64,000 nt of DNA from Felis catus (lineage: Eukaryota): positions 146,260,001 to 146,324,000 of the forward strand of contig NC_058368.1 in NCBI RefSeq assembly GCF_018350175.1, in the 5' to 3' direction. Under the pieces are notes generated by a model. It was not told the origin of the DNA. It saw nothing but the letters and a program-made list of their open reading frames with translations, and searched no databases. Shown here piece after piece: positions 26,979-37,876 of the stretch. The stretch's first letter is position 1, and each line of letters begins with the position of its first letter. Made by a program: the position numbers and the translations under genes.

Positions 26979-28218
26979 GAGCAAGTGTATTCATCCGATT
27001 GTGTGGTACAGAGGGAAAGAAGCTGGAGTAAATTCTTGGCTCAGGAATGAATAACCTCCCAATAAACTGCCATCTCCTCTGTAAGTGGTAATGTTCTCCA
27101 GGCAAGACCCCGTGATTTATGCCCCATCTATAATCAAAGTAGTTGGAGTAAAGCAAGAAACAATTAACGAATTTTCGATTAAATGTCTAAGGGTTTAGTA
27201 TTGTATGGGTTTCTGCAGGAACTTCTGGAACATAAGCTCAGCAACTTTCACCCCACAATAGCTTTTTTTGAGTCATGGTTTCTTTTGATACTATAATCAA
27301 AGACATGCATCCTTTCCCCAGAAGTATGCTCATAAATGCAACATTTGGCCTGTGGATTTAATTAAGTGCACCATGAGGTCCTGGTGTAGAAGCTGCTGGC
27401 ATTTAGTATAACAAAAGTAAAATGGCTTCAGATATAGCTTGAGAGATTTCACTATTACTAATACTACTACATCTTTCCTCCCGCCATGCTGGCTTTAACT
27501 CTTTTTCTCTGCCTGGAGATGTAAGCATTTCTTTTGCAAACTTTCATGACTCGTTTTAAGCTTTCCTAAGTGGCCCAAACTATCAAAGGAATCTGTAATA
27601 ACACAAAATAATACATAAAACTTTAAAAAGGTGTGGGGAAGGAAGATCCCAGGCCAGGCACTACCTCAAGTACATTCCTGCGAAAAACTGCTTCTGCAGA
27701 GATCGCCAATCATTTAAAATCTACTGTTTGTAAAAGAGTATCGTTAAGACTGAAAGAATGGAGTAAAAGGGGCCTGAAAGGTCACTAACCCAACAGACAC
27801 AAATTAAGGTGTGGGCCAGGCCCGTGGGGCATTAGAGGACGCAAAATAACAAGCGCGAAGTTGAGAAGCTCCATGTCTCCTAGAGTCATTGACCACAAAG
27901 AGTACATTTAAATGACTGGGTTAAGCCAGACCAGCGAATTCCTTTGAACCAAGTCAGGAAAGTGGACTCTGCGGGAGAGGCTGGGACCGGCGGCCGTGGT
28001 GGGGTCTTTCTTGGGCGGTCGGCCCCGGTTCTCCCTGTTGGGCTTGCAGGGGCCACATGGTTCCCGGGCCTGTGCATCTTCCGAGCCCGGCAGAATCAAG
28101 CTAGTGACTGAACTCCCTGGCCCGCACACCCAGGGCCGCCGTCCAACCCTCCGGCCTTAGCTCGCGCCCACTACCCCTTCACAAAGCTCAGCTGCGACCC
28201 CACAGCCCCAATTCTTAC

Positions 28219-28221
28219 CAT
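28219..28221 (-). CDS. TMEM167A: TMEM167A (protein kish-A) coding exon 1: start codon only
   Basis: Minus strand reads ggcctcact-ATG|gtaagaat inside the CpG island. Splicing ATG to the exon at 17903 gives an open MSAIFNFQ... frame. Confidence 0.93.
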
Positions 28222-28439
28222 AGTGAGGCCGGCGAAGCCCCAGCCACATCACCCTTCCGGGCGCAGGGCGGAAGAGGCGTGCCCACCCCACTTGCCCTTC
28301 TCGTTCCCTCCCAGCGTTCGGTTGGGCCTGTCAGGGCACCTCCTCCTGAGCCGCGCGACCCCGACACTAGGATAGGTTCCTCGCAACCGGAAAAGGCAGG
28401 AGTTAAGAGACGTCATGCGCTTCTGCGGAAGTGGACGAC

Positions 28440-28514
28440 ACTCTCATTGGCTGCGGGTTGTCTGTCTGTAGGAGCGGGCCTTTTGGAGGAGACCGGAAGT
28501 GGAGCGAATGAGAG
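28440..28514 (+). other. XRCC4: XRCC4 non-coding exon 1 (TSS approximate)
   Basis: Ends in donor GAG|gtagtg between two ETS motifs. Position is consistent with the known head-to-head layout. The 5' end cannot be determined from sequence. Confidence 0.65.
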
Positions 28515-29096
28515 GTAGTGTCCGGAAGTGGGGGCTGCGTATTTTAGTAATAGTAATCTGTAGTCCTGTCCTTTTTTTGTTTCGCTTTCTTTTTTATTTT
28601 TAGTTGTCTGTTATTTCCCTGTAGAACTCGGTGTTTGGATTTTTCCCAGCTCGGATCCCTCTCACTGTATGCTCCTGAGACTTCGGTTTACGGACTCTTG
28701 GGGGTCGCCTGGGTTCCCTAAACTTGGGCGCAGGGTGTGCATCTGCCACGCCCTCTTTTCAGTTTCTTCCTTTGCATCTCAGGGATTCTTTAGAATTAAG
28801 AGCGCCTTGGAAAAGCCTTGTATTGGTTGTGGGATTAGGAAAACACTTGAATCTGGAGTATTGTGTTAAGTAGGCTGTTGGACGTTTTTCTAACGCTGGC
28901 CGCGTCTCTCTCTCTCCCAATTCCCAGCTCTTTGTAAACTGTCCATGGGTTTCATCTGGGACTGAAGTGTACTAGTCCCTTTGAGTCAGGAAAGAAATTT
29001 CTGTAGTAACAAATGGAAAGGAACTGCCCTTTCCTGAGTTCAGTAGTTCTTTGGTACTCTCTTTTAATCAGTAGTATTATTTAGCTTCTTCAGTTG

Positions 29097-29292
29097 TTTT
29101 TTTTTTTTTTTTAATTTTTAATGTTTATTTTTTGAGAGAGAGCATGAGCAGGGGAGGGGCAGAGAGAGAGGGAGAGAATCCTAAACTGGCTCCAGGCTCT
29201 GAGCTGCCAGCACAGAGCCTGAAGCGGGGCTCAAACCCTTGAACCTAGAACCGAAATTGGACGCTTAACCCGCTGAGCCACTCAGGCGCCCC
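29097..29292 (-). mobile_element. CAN-SINE
   Basis: Ends ctcaggcgcccc. TSD tagcttcttc(c)agtt. Confidence 0.9.
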
Positions 29293-29899
29293 TAGCTTCT
29301 TCCAGTTTTGATAATCCCATTTGATGAGGCTTTATTATCCCTCCGTTTTTGTCTTTGCATAGTCTAGATAAAGAAACAGGTGTTTTGAAGTGTTCAGCTT
29401 GCTTAGTTCTTGGAAACTCAATAAAGGTTTTTGAATTAAATTGGTATTGCTTTTTACCACTAGGCTGCCCCCCCCCCCCAACTCCTTTTTATTTTGTGCC
29501 TAGTATTGATGTTAATGATTTCCTTTTGTATGATTTCCTTTTAAAATACACTGGTAGTTGGGTATGTTAAAAACCGTGGTTTTACTTAACTGCTTGTTTT
29601 CTCTAACCCTCAATAGCCTTCCTAATTTAAGATTAAGGTTCTTTGTGTTCTACTGTTTATTTTTGTCTCCCCCCCCACCCCCGTCTTTTTTATATTCTTT
29701 CCCCATGGCCCTTAGTTTAAGACCCATGTGTGACTTGCATGTTATTTCTTTTACTTTACTTTAAGAAATGCTTCTCTTAACCTTTCTCCACTTCTAACCC
29801 TATTTATTTATCTTCTGAACAAAAATCCTCCAAAGACTTTTTTATGTTCTAAATCCGAAGTCCTCTTTTTAAAAGTGTAGCTTTTACTCCCATTCGTCC

Positions 29900-31330
29900 C
29901 CCAAATGCTTTTGTTATTGTCACCAGTGATCTCCAGGTGTTGACCATTCCCAGTCTTTATTGTATTAGACCTATCAGCAACCTTTAACACAATCACTTCC
30001 TTCTCCATGATACATATTTTTTTTTCACTTGATTTCCAGGACATCCCACTCTTTTGGTTTTCTTTCTACCGTGTTGGTTGTTCTTTCTGTCTTCCTTCTA
30101 CTCTTCCTGATCTCATATTGTTGAAGTGTTCTAAGGCTCAGTCTTTGGTTCTGTTCTTTTCCTCTTCCTACATTTTTTTTTTTTTTTGATGATATCATCA
30201 AGTCTTAATGACTTCAAATACCATCTGTATACTGAAGACTCCCAATTTCATATTTCTAGTCCCCGCCTCTTTCTGAACGCCAGACTCAAGTATCCTGTTG
30301 TCTACAACAGGATTCTTTAAAGGTATTGCAAACTTACATGTTACAAACTGAACTCCTTTTCCTCCAAAACCTGTTCCAATCTTTCTCACCTCAGTTGATG
30401 GCAGTTCAGCCAGTTGCTCAAAGTTAAGTATTTGGAGTCGTTCTTGACCCTGCTTTGTCTTCTAGTCCATCAAATCCATCATTGAGTCTTTGTTGACTCT
30501 CTCCATAAAATATATCTAGAATTTAACCATTTCCTACTATTTCTGCTGTTAGCACATTGATCATCTCTTCCTTGGATGTCTGTTATTAGTCATTATGATT
30601 TGTTGCTTGAATTAACAGTAATAGTTCTAGCTGGTCTCTCTGCTTTCTTCATTCCTTGCTTCTTTGCAATCTATTCGCACGCAATAGCCAGAATGATAGT
30701 TTTAAAATATAGGTGAGAAATTGTATTAAAATGTAAGATTCTAAATGCAATGTGTTATCTTAGATTGGATCCTGGAACAGGTGAAAGATATTAGAGGAAA
30801 AAAATGGTAAAATCCAAATAGTCTAGAGTTCAGTTAGTAGTGATGCACCAATGTTGGTTTCTTTGTTTTAATGAATGCACCATGGTAATATAAGATGTTA
30901 ATATTAGAAGAAACTGGGGCAGGTGTATATGGGAACTCTGTGTTATTTTGCAACTTTTCTGTAAATTCAGTATTACTCCAAAATAGAAAGTTTATTAGAA
31001 GGAATGTGAAATTACTTCTTTGCTTGAAAACGTTTCATGACTTCTCATTTGATTCACAGTAAAAGCTAACATCCTGACATTGGCCTACAAAACTCTACAT
31101 GATCTGGTTTCCCATTACCCTTGGTATTCTCTCCTCGCCTCACTCTGTCTCAGCCATATTGGCTGCCTTGTTTCTTCAGTGTACCAAGCCCACGGCTACC
31201 TTAGGGCCTTTCCACCAACTGCTTCATCTGCTTGGAATGCTTTTTCCCAAACATCCAAACAACTAAATCTTTCATCTCCTTTTTGTATGTGCTCAAATAT
31301 CACCCTTTCAAGAAAGCCTACCTCAACTTC
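29900..31330. mobile_element. L2 fragments, interrupted at ~30725-31000 by an old L1M 3' end
   Basis: L2-type pyrimidine-rich text (gacttcaaataccatctgtatactgaagactcccaa, tggcctacaaaactctacatgatctgg). The insert has gtatatgggaactctgtgttattttgcaacttttctgtaaa. Confidence 0.7.
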
Positions 31331-31401
31331 CTTTAAAAAATTGCAACTTTGCCTCCTTAAAATTAAAAAAAAAAAAAGAAAGAAAAAATTTAAAAAAAAG
31401 C

Positions 31402-31600
31402 GGGGGCTCCTGGGTGGCTCATTTGGTTGAACATCTTACTCTTGATTTCGGATCAGGTCATAACCCCAGGTCTTGGGGTTGAGCTCCACGTTGGGCTCTG
31501 TGCTGAGCATGTAGTCAGTTTAGGATTCTCTTTCTCTCCTTCTGCTCCTGTACCCCTCTCCTGCTTATGCTCACATTCTCTCTCTCAAATTAAAAAAAAA
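31402..31600 (+). mobile_element. CAN-SINE (older)
   Basis: gggggctcctgggtggctca...(CT)n-A tail. Confidence 0.9.
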
Positions 31601-31687
31601 TAATAATAATGAAAGTAAAACCTTTAAAATTGAGCCTTTGTAACTATCCCCCTTTCCCCTACTGGCCTCTATACTCCCAGTTTTCTT

Positions 31688-31893
31688 GGGGCGCCTGGGT
31701 GGCGCAGTCGGTTAAGCGTCCGACTTCAGCCAGGTCACGATCTCGCGGTCCGAGAGTTCGAGCCCCGCGTCGGGCTCTGGGCTGATGGCTCAGAGCCTGG
31801 AGCCTGTTTCCGATTCTGTGTCTCCCTCTCTCTCTGCCCCTCCCCCGTTCATGCTCTGTCTCTCTCTGTCCCAAAAATAAATAAACGTTGAAA

Positions 31894-31944
<51 letters not shown>
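31688..31944 (+). mobile_element. Very young felid SINE (SINEC_Fc) with 86-95 bp target-site duplication
   Basis: CpG-intact body and long pure poly(A). 31601-31686 is identical to 31945-32030. Confidence 0.96.
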
Positions 31945-31946
<2 letters not shown>

Positions 31947-32938
31947 ATAATAATGAAAGTAAAACCTTTAAAATTGAGCCTTTGTAACTATCCCCCTTTC
32001 CCCTACTGGCCTCTATACTCCCAGTTTTCTCTTGTTTTATCCTCTCCTTTTGCTATAGCTTATCACCATGCTATATATTTTACGTGTTTTTTATTGTTTT
32101 TAATCATTTGTCTCCTATTAAACCGTAAGTTTTAAAAAGGCAAGAATTGTTATCTGTTTTGCTTCCTTATGCCAAATTCTAAAACACTGTCTGATGCATA
32201 CAAATGTGCATGTTTTGGTTAAATGAATGGACTTGACTGGTTATTTGAATTTAGTCATCCTTGATTTATAGTCATCATGAAACACTGAATTGTTGATCAT
32301 TTTCATATATCATGTTGTTTCTTGCCTCCAAGCCTTTGCTCAAGCAAGTTCTTGTGCTTGGAATGCCTTTTCTTATCCTTTTTTCCTTTTTCAGTTTTTA
32401 AGATTCATATCAGGTGTAATTCAAGGAAGCCTTCCTTGAAATGTCAGGCTGGCTTACATGTACTCTTGAGAGGAGGTACCACCCTGTCTCTGCACTTTAC
32501 AAACTTGTAAAATAATTCCTTTTGGGTTTTTTTTTTTATTTCACTAGAGAGTTGGGAATGTGTCTTACTCATTTTGGGAATATCTAAGCTTGGTACATAG
32601 GGAACATTCAGTGAATGTTTTAATATAATAATGACGTGACCAAAGTCACGGAGCTTTGGAGCAGTAGAATTGTGATTTCAATCCGAATCTTCTGAACATA
32701 AAATTTAACTCTATTTGCTAAACTGTGTTTTCTAGGAAAAGGTGGCTGTCCTTAAAATAATAGAAAAATAGTTCTTTTTATACAGGTAGGAGGTAGTTAA
32801 TGCATTTTATAGTCCTGGGCAATTTGCTTCTTGTCATTTGTGAAGCTGCCAGTGCTGATGAGAACATGAGTTGTGCTTTTTTTTCTAAGACACTGGCTGA
32901 AATAGATGAACAGAGGGTTATTATAGTCAGCAATTTTT

Positions 32939-33171
32939 TTTTTTTTTTTTTTTTAAATTTTTTTTTTTCAACATTTATTTATTTTTGGGACAGAGAGAGA
33001 CAGAGCATGAACGGGGAAGGGGCAGAGAGAGAGGGAGACACAGAATCGGAAACAGGCTCCAGGCTCTGAGCCATCAGCCCAGAGCCCGACGCGGGGCTCG
33101 AACTCACGGACCGCGAGATCGTGACCTGGCTGAAGTCGGACGCTCAACCGACTGCGCCACCCAGGCGCCCC
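32939..33171 (-). mobile_element. Very young felid SINE (SINEC_Fc)
   Basis: CpG-intact. TSD tatagtcagcaattttt. Confidence 0.96.
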
Positions 33172-33759
33172 TATAGTCAGCAATTTTTAATTTTGATGAA
33201 ACTGGGCTCTTGTTGGGGTAACACTGTTGAGATTTTTGTTGCCTCAAAGGGGAATGCTAGAATTCCAAACTGCTCATGAGGCATTCATGCTTTTGCTAGA
33301 CGCCTGCACTGCCAATAGCTTTAAATTAAACTTTTGCTTGTGTGCCATTGGGAAATCCCAGGCTATTTTCAAGATATTGAAAAGATTTTCTTCCACTGAT
33401 AGGGAAATTGCTGTTAAGATTGAGTTAAAAATGATTAGTTTGTTAACATGATTTCTGATAGTTGGCCCCCATATTAGGTAAATTAATTTTGCATTTAAAA
33501 TGCTATATAATCTTAGATAATGAGCTAGACTTCCGACTACCTTTTATGGTAAGCATTCTGAATTTAAACTCTCCTCTGAATATTTTTATCATTGTTGTAG
33601 TCTGTAAGCCAATCTTTTTGTAATGTTGCCTAGCCTTTAGTACTAACAGAAGAGGAGATAATTTAACTCTATAAATTCTGGAAAGGCTTCAGCAGCTTTC
33701 AGCCCCATTAATGGGGATGAAAATAATGATTAGGCTTGGGATTAAGTAATCAAAAACAA

Positions 33760-34060
33760 ATATTCCTTGGAAGGCATTCCTGATTTTGTGCTTTCTTTGG
33801 ACTTTACTAACCCTGTAAGTGTCCAAAATGTTGAAATCAGCAAGGAATTCAATCTGGTCTTTATGTTAGAGGATACTATTAGCTCACTTATAATTTTATC
33901 CAAATAGTTAGTGAGAATGATATTGAATAACGTAAGACCTTGCTCAATTGGAACAGAAGCAAGCTGCTGCTTAGAAATTAAGATGCTCCCATTGTTGAGG
34001 AGACTCGTCAGAGTCCTGACAGTATAAATATTGACATGCTGAGATATGTCAATATTTACC
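33760..34060 (-). mobile_element. CR1/L3 LINE reverse-transcriptase fossil
   Basis: ORF 33742-34062 reads NGS...LASVPIEQGLTLFNIILTNYLDKIISELIVSSNIKTRL, resembling CR1 RT SGVPQGSVLGPxLFNIFINDLD...KFADDTKL. Confidence 0.55.
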
Positions 34061-36131
34061 ATAGAGTTTGGAAGTTGCCAAGTTCCTGTTTAAGAAATGT
34101 GACCCTAGCATTGAACACAGTATATCAATAAATAAGGGACATGTCCAATGAACAGCTGCTGAGAGAAAGTAGGATAACATCTGTGTAAACTTTGGGGCAC
34201 TTAAAGTTAAATTAAAAAAAAATATATTGACAATTCTTTGGTAATTTGTAGGTAGATATCAAATAGTAGGTATATAAATAGTAGGTATATAAAATAGTAT
34301 ACTGATATAATTTCATATTTGGGCTTAACTCATGTTTTTAAAAAATGACAGCATGGTTGCAATTTATAATTTTATAAATTAGTTGTGCAATGATACTCAT
34401 CTATAAATTGAATCAAAATTTCTTGCCTTAATACTGTGTTTGGGAACCAACCTCATCATCTTGCACATTATTCTTATAAAAATTGGCTCAAGTCAAGACT
34501 TAGCTATTACTTTTGGGAAGTTTATGCTCTGAGAATTTAGCAATAGAAAAAACATAAGTTTGTGAAGTTTAAATGTGATGAGAAAATTTGTTCTGTTATT
34601 ATTTGACAACTATGTCTCAGAAGAAAAATGAGAATAAAGAGCAAGTAAAGTTGATATGTTTGGTTGAATGTCATAGTTCACTACTGTTCTCATATGAATA
34701 TCACTGTAATAGAACATTTGATGCAAAGTAAGAGACATTTGAAGCTTTCCAAGTCATTGGAACCATACAATCTTCCATCTGTTTTGCAGACGTCTAGAAA
34801 AAGGCTAAACTGAGCATTCTTTGAATGATAGTCCTAAAACAGTCCTAGAAGAGCGTTAACTATGGGTATCAAGACTGACCCTCTTGTTGCTTTTCTTATA
34901 ACAGAGATTGATGGCTTTTATATAGTAATTGAATCATTTAACCACATCACACTGTTATGTTTATATTGTGAAGAATGGATGCAAAGTATAATTGAGGTTG
35001 TATATTCTGCCAGGAGTTACATTTATTTCTATAAAGATCTTATAAACATAAAAAAGCAAATTGTATTTAGAGGTCCATAAAAGTCTTTTAATCTATTCTT
35101 TTCAGTGTAGTAAAGATGGAAGAGAAAAAATTTTTAAATTTAAATTGTTTTGATCCCTCTTGCCGAGATCATTTGTCGATACTTTGAGGTAAGCTGTTGA
35201 GTTTTAAGGAGAAAGCATTAGACTTATTAATTAGTGATTTTTAAAACTTGGAAAACGTATTTTTGCAGTGTCACTGAGACTTGAACGTTTGTTTTGAATA
35301 TACCCCCCCCCTCCCGAATCATTAGGATTATGACCATTATGCAAAGTTGGCTCCTTGACCAGTTGTCTTCTTGAATCATTTGTTACCGATTATTTATCAT
35401 GTAGTGATAACAAAGTTGCCCAGTCTTTTCAAAATGTCATGTGTTTTAGATGTGATGAGAGTGTAAGCGTATTAAGCTGAAAGTGTAAAACTTGGTGTTT
35501 GATGTTGAATATTGTAAGTTTAATGTTTCCCAAAGTTTGGTACTCCTGTCACTGATGGAATACACAGTTTGCTGACTTACAGCTATTTTGCAGGTATGAG
35601 ATAATTGAGGTATGAGATAATTGAAGTTTAGAGAATTAAATGATTTGCTGAAGTCTACACAACCAAGGCATGACAGTGAGGATTCATACTGAAGTCTGAC
35701 TGATTCCAAAGCCTAAAACAACGTTCTTGGCCTCATACCTGAACCATCTATAGTTAGATCTAGATTTTGGTACCCCTGGAATCAGATCTGAGCTGCTCCC
35801 CACACCTCAGTTTCACTTTCTGTTCTGTTGGTTTTGTTGTCAGCGGCTTCAAGCTCTCAGTGTTAGAATATCAAGTCCAGTAGAGAAGAATGTATATCCA
35901 AAGTCCTGGAATTGAGCTTCACTGGTCTTTGTGGTCCTGACTTGAATCATGTGCTCATCTCTAAGTTAGTCAAAGGTGCATGACATACCAGTATTTCTGG
36001 TGTAATGCTTATCACATAAAGCTTGTTACTAAAGAGTCAACACTGAGTTCACTGCTTCTTAAATAGGGTCCTAAGTTTTGAAGTGTTAAATTACATATTT
36101 AAGTTGTATATTTAAGAATATCATTCTAATA

Positions 36132-36353
36132 GGGGCGCCTGGGTGGCGCAGTCGGTTAAGCGTCCCACTTCAGCCAGGTCACGATCTCGCGGTCCGTGAG
36201 TTCGAGCCCTGCGTCGGGCTCTGGGCTGATGGCTCAGAGCCTGGAGCCTGTTTCCGATTCTGTGTCTCCCTCTCTCTCTGCCCCTCCCCCGTTCATGCTC
36301 TGTCTCTCTGTCCCAAAAATAAGTAAACGTTGAAAAAAAATTAAAAAAAAAAA
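36132..36353 (+). mobile_element. Very young felid SINE (SINEC_Fc)
   Basis: Near-identical to the 31688 copy. TSD aagaatatc(a/t)ttctaata. Confidence 0.96.
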
Positions 36354-37768
36354 AGAATATCTTTCTAATAGATGATGTTTTCTCTTTTTACAAAAGTACT
36401 CTTTCACAACGTAATCAACGTGATGGTCAAATAATACTTACTGAACCCTCTTCTTTTTAAACATTTTACTGTGAAAAAATTTAAAAATTTTGAGAGAATG
36501 ATTTTGAGAGAGTAATAGATCCCTGTGTACCCATCACCTAGCACAACAATTATGAGCTTAGTTCATCTTTTGCTCTTTTGTTTTTATCTTGAAAATAAAT
36601 ATGTAATTATTCATCCAATTAGGAATGGGTTGTTTATAACTTACTATCATTTGAACCATGTGAAGTCATTTTTGTGTGTGTGTGTGTGTAGGTTAAAAAT
36701 TGTTAAATACTGGCAATTTCATATAGTTCCTGAATAGTTGTGTATGGCTGAATTAGGTAGTGTCACCAGTTGAGGATATGTTGTAGGGATCTTTTTTTCA
36801 GGTTTAACTCTGATTTGTACCCCAATCTTATTATTCATCGTCTGGTTGCCATTGGAAGTAGGCAGATAAATGGGTACAGTTGTAAGTAAGTGGTGCGTTT
36901 GTGAATGGGGGAAAAAGGACAGTGCAAGTCCTATTTCTTTTCCAGGAAGTGTGTTTAGTTTGATTTCATTTTTGGGCAGCACATTTTTCAAGTAGGATAG
37001 ACTGTATATATGCTTAACTGATGGTATTTCATAGGAACACCCTCACTCTTCTGAAATTAAAATACAAGAGAGGTGTCAGAATTTCAAGGCTTAAGAAATC
37101 ATAATTACTAAGTTCTTAATGAAAAAATAACTGTTGTTTAGCTAATGCTGTATTTCAGGTATTATCTTATCTCTTCAGTTCTGTTAAGTGTCATTCTCAC
37201 ATGAAACTCTGCAATTAGGACTGAAGTGTTCTTGTGAAAGTTTAGAAAGTTTCCAAAATGATAAGTATACTCTCGTCCTTTCTGCCAAGTTTATTTGTAA
37301 TTAAGAGTGTCCATTTGATGAAGATAAAGGAAGTTCTGGAACTGTGGGTCCAATTTTCAGGGCATTTCGGATCGAGGTGTTAGATTTTATGTGGGAAATT
37401 TATTCAGGCCTTTTATTGTTTTTAAATACTTAGTTCATTGGGTAAAGAAAAAAGGAGAGGAAGTGAACTTTAAATGAATCACTGAAACTAATGATTATTA
37501 ATGGTGTTTGTAAAAGATAAGCAGAGGAAATGAGCAGTAATACGATATTTGGAATGGCAGCAGCTGGCATTCCACAGTTATAAGAGAGGTAATTGAGAAT
37601 GGACTATGACCATGGCAAAGATGCCTTAATTTTTAGACTTATTTTATAGTTCTAATGCTTTATTTCTGAAGCATCAGACTATTAATGTGTAACTTGAACT
37701 TAGCTGTATTTTACAAGTTTTTGAACAAGATTATGCCAACAGTCTTAGCTATATTTTACTCTTACCTT

Positions 37769-37876
37769 GGGGAACCGTCCATCCTAATTTGCCTGGGGTT
37801 AAGAGGGTTACTGTACGTGGACTTTCCGTGTTGAAACCAGGAAAATCTCAGACAAACCTGGACCGCTGGTCACTTT
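37769..37876. mobile_element. MER81/MER94-like hAT-Blackjack MITE
   Basis: Imperfect inverted ends (accgtccatcctaatttgcctggg ... ctcagacaaacctggaccgctggtcac). Confidence 0.5.

Larger units (their letters stand above)
27950..28560. promoter_or_regulatory. CpG-island bidirectional promoter shared by TMEM167A (-) and XRCC4 (+)
   Basis: The only non-repeat CpG-rich stretch in the window. ETS/GABP-type CCGGAAGT at 28493-28500 and 28522-28529, GCGGAAGT 28425-28432, CTTCCGG 28254-28260, CRE-like GACGTCA 28409-28415, inverted CCAAT 28446-28450. No TATA box. Confidence 0.88.

Noticed and set aside
31659..33183. Near-identical ORFs MGQRETEHERGRG... on opposite strands
   Set aside because: These are translations of antisense SINE sequence, not genes.
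33742..34062. 106-aa ORF as a novel gene
   Set aside because: Better explained as a decayed CR1/L3 RT fragment lacking the catalytic DD.
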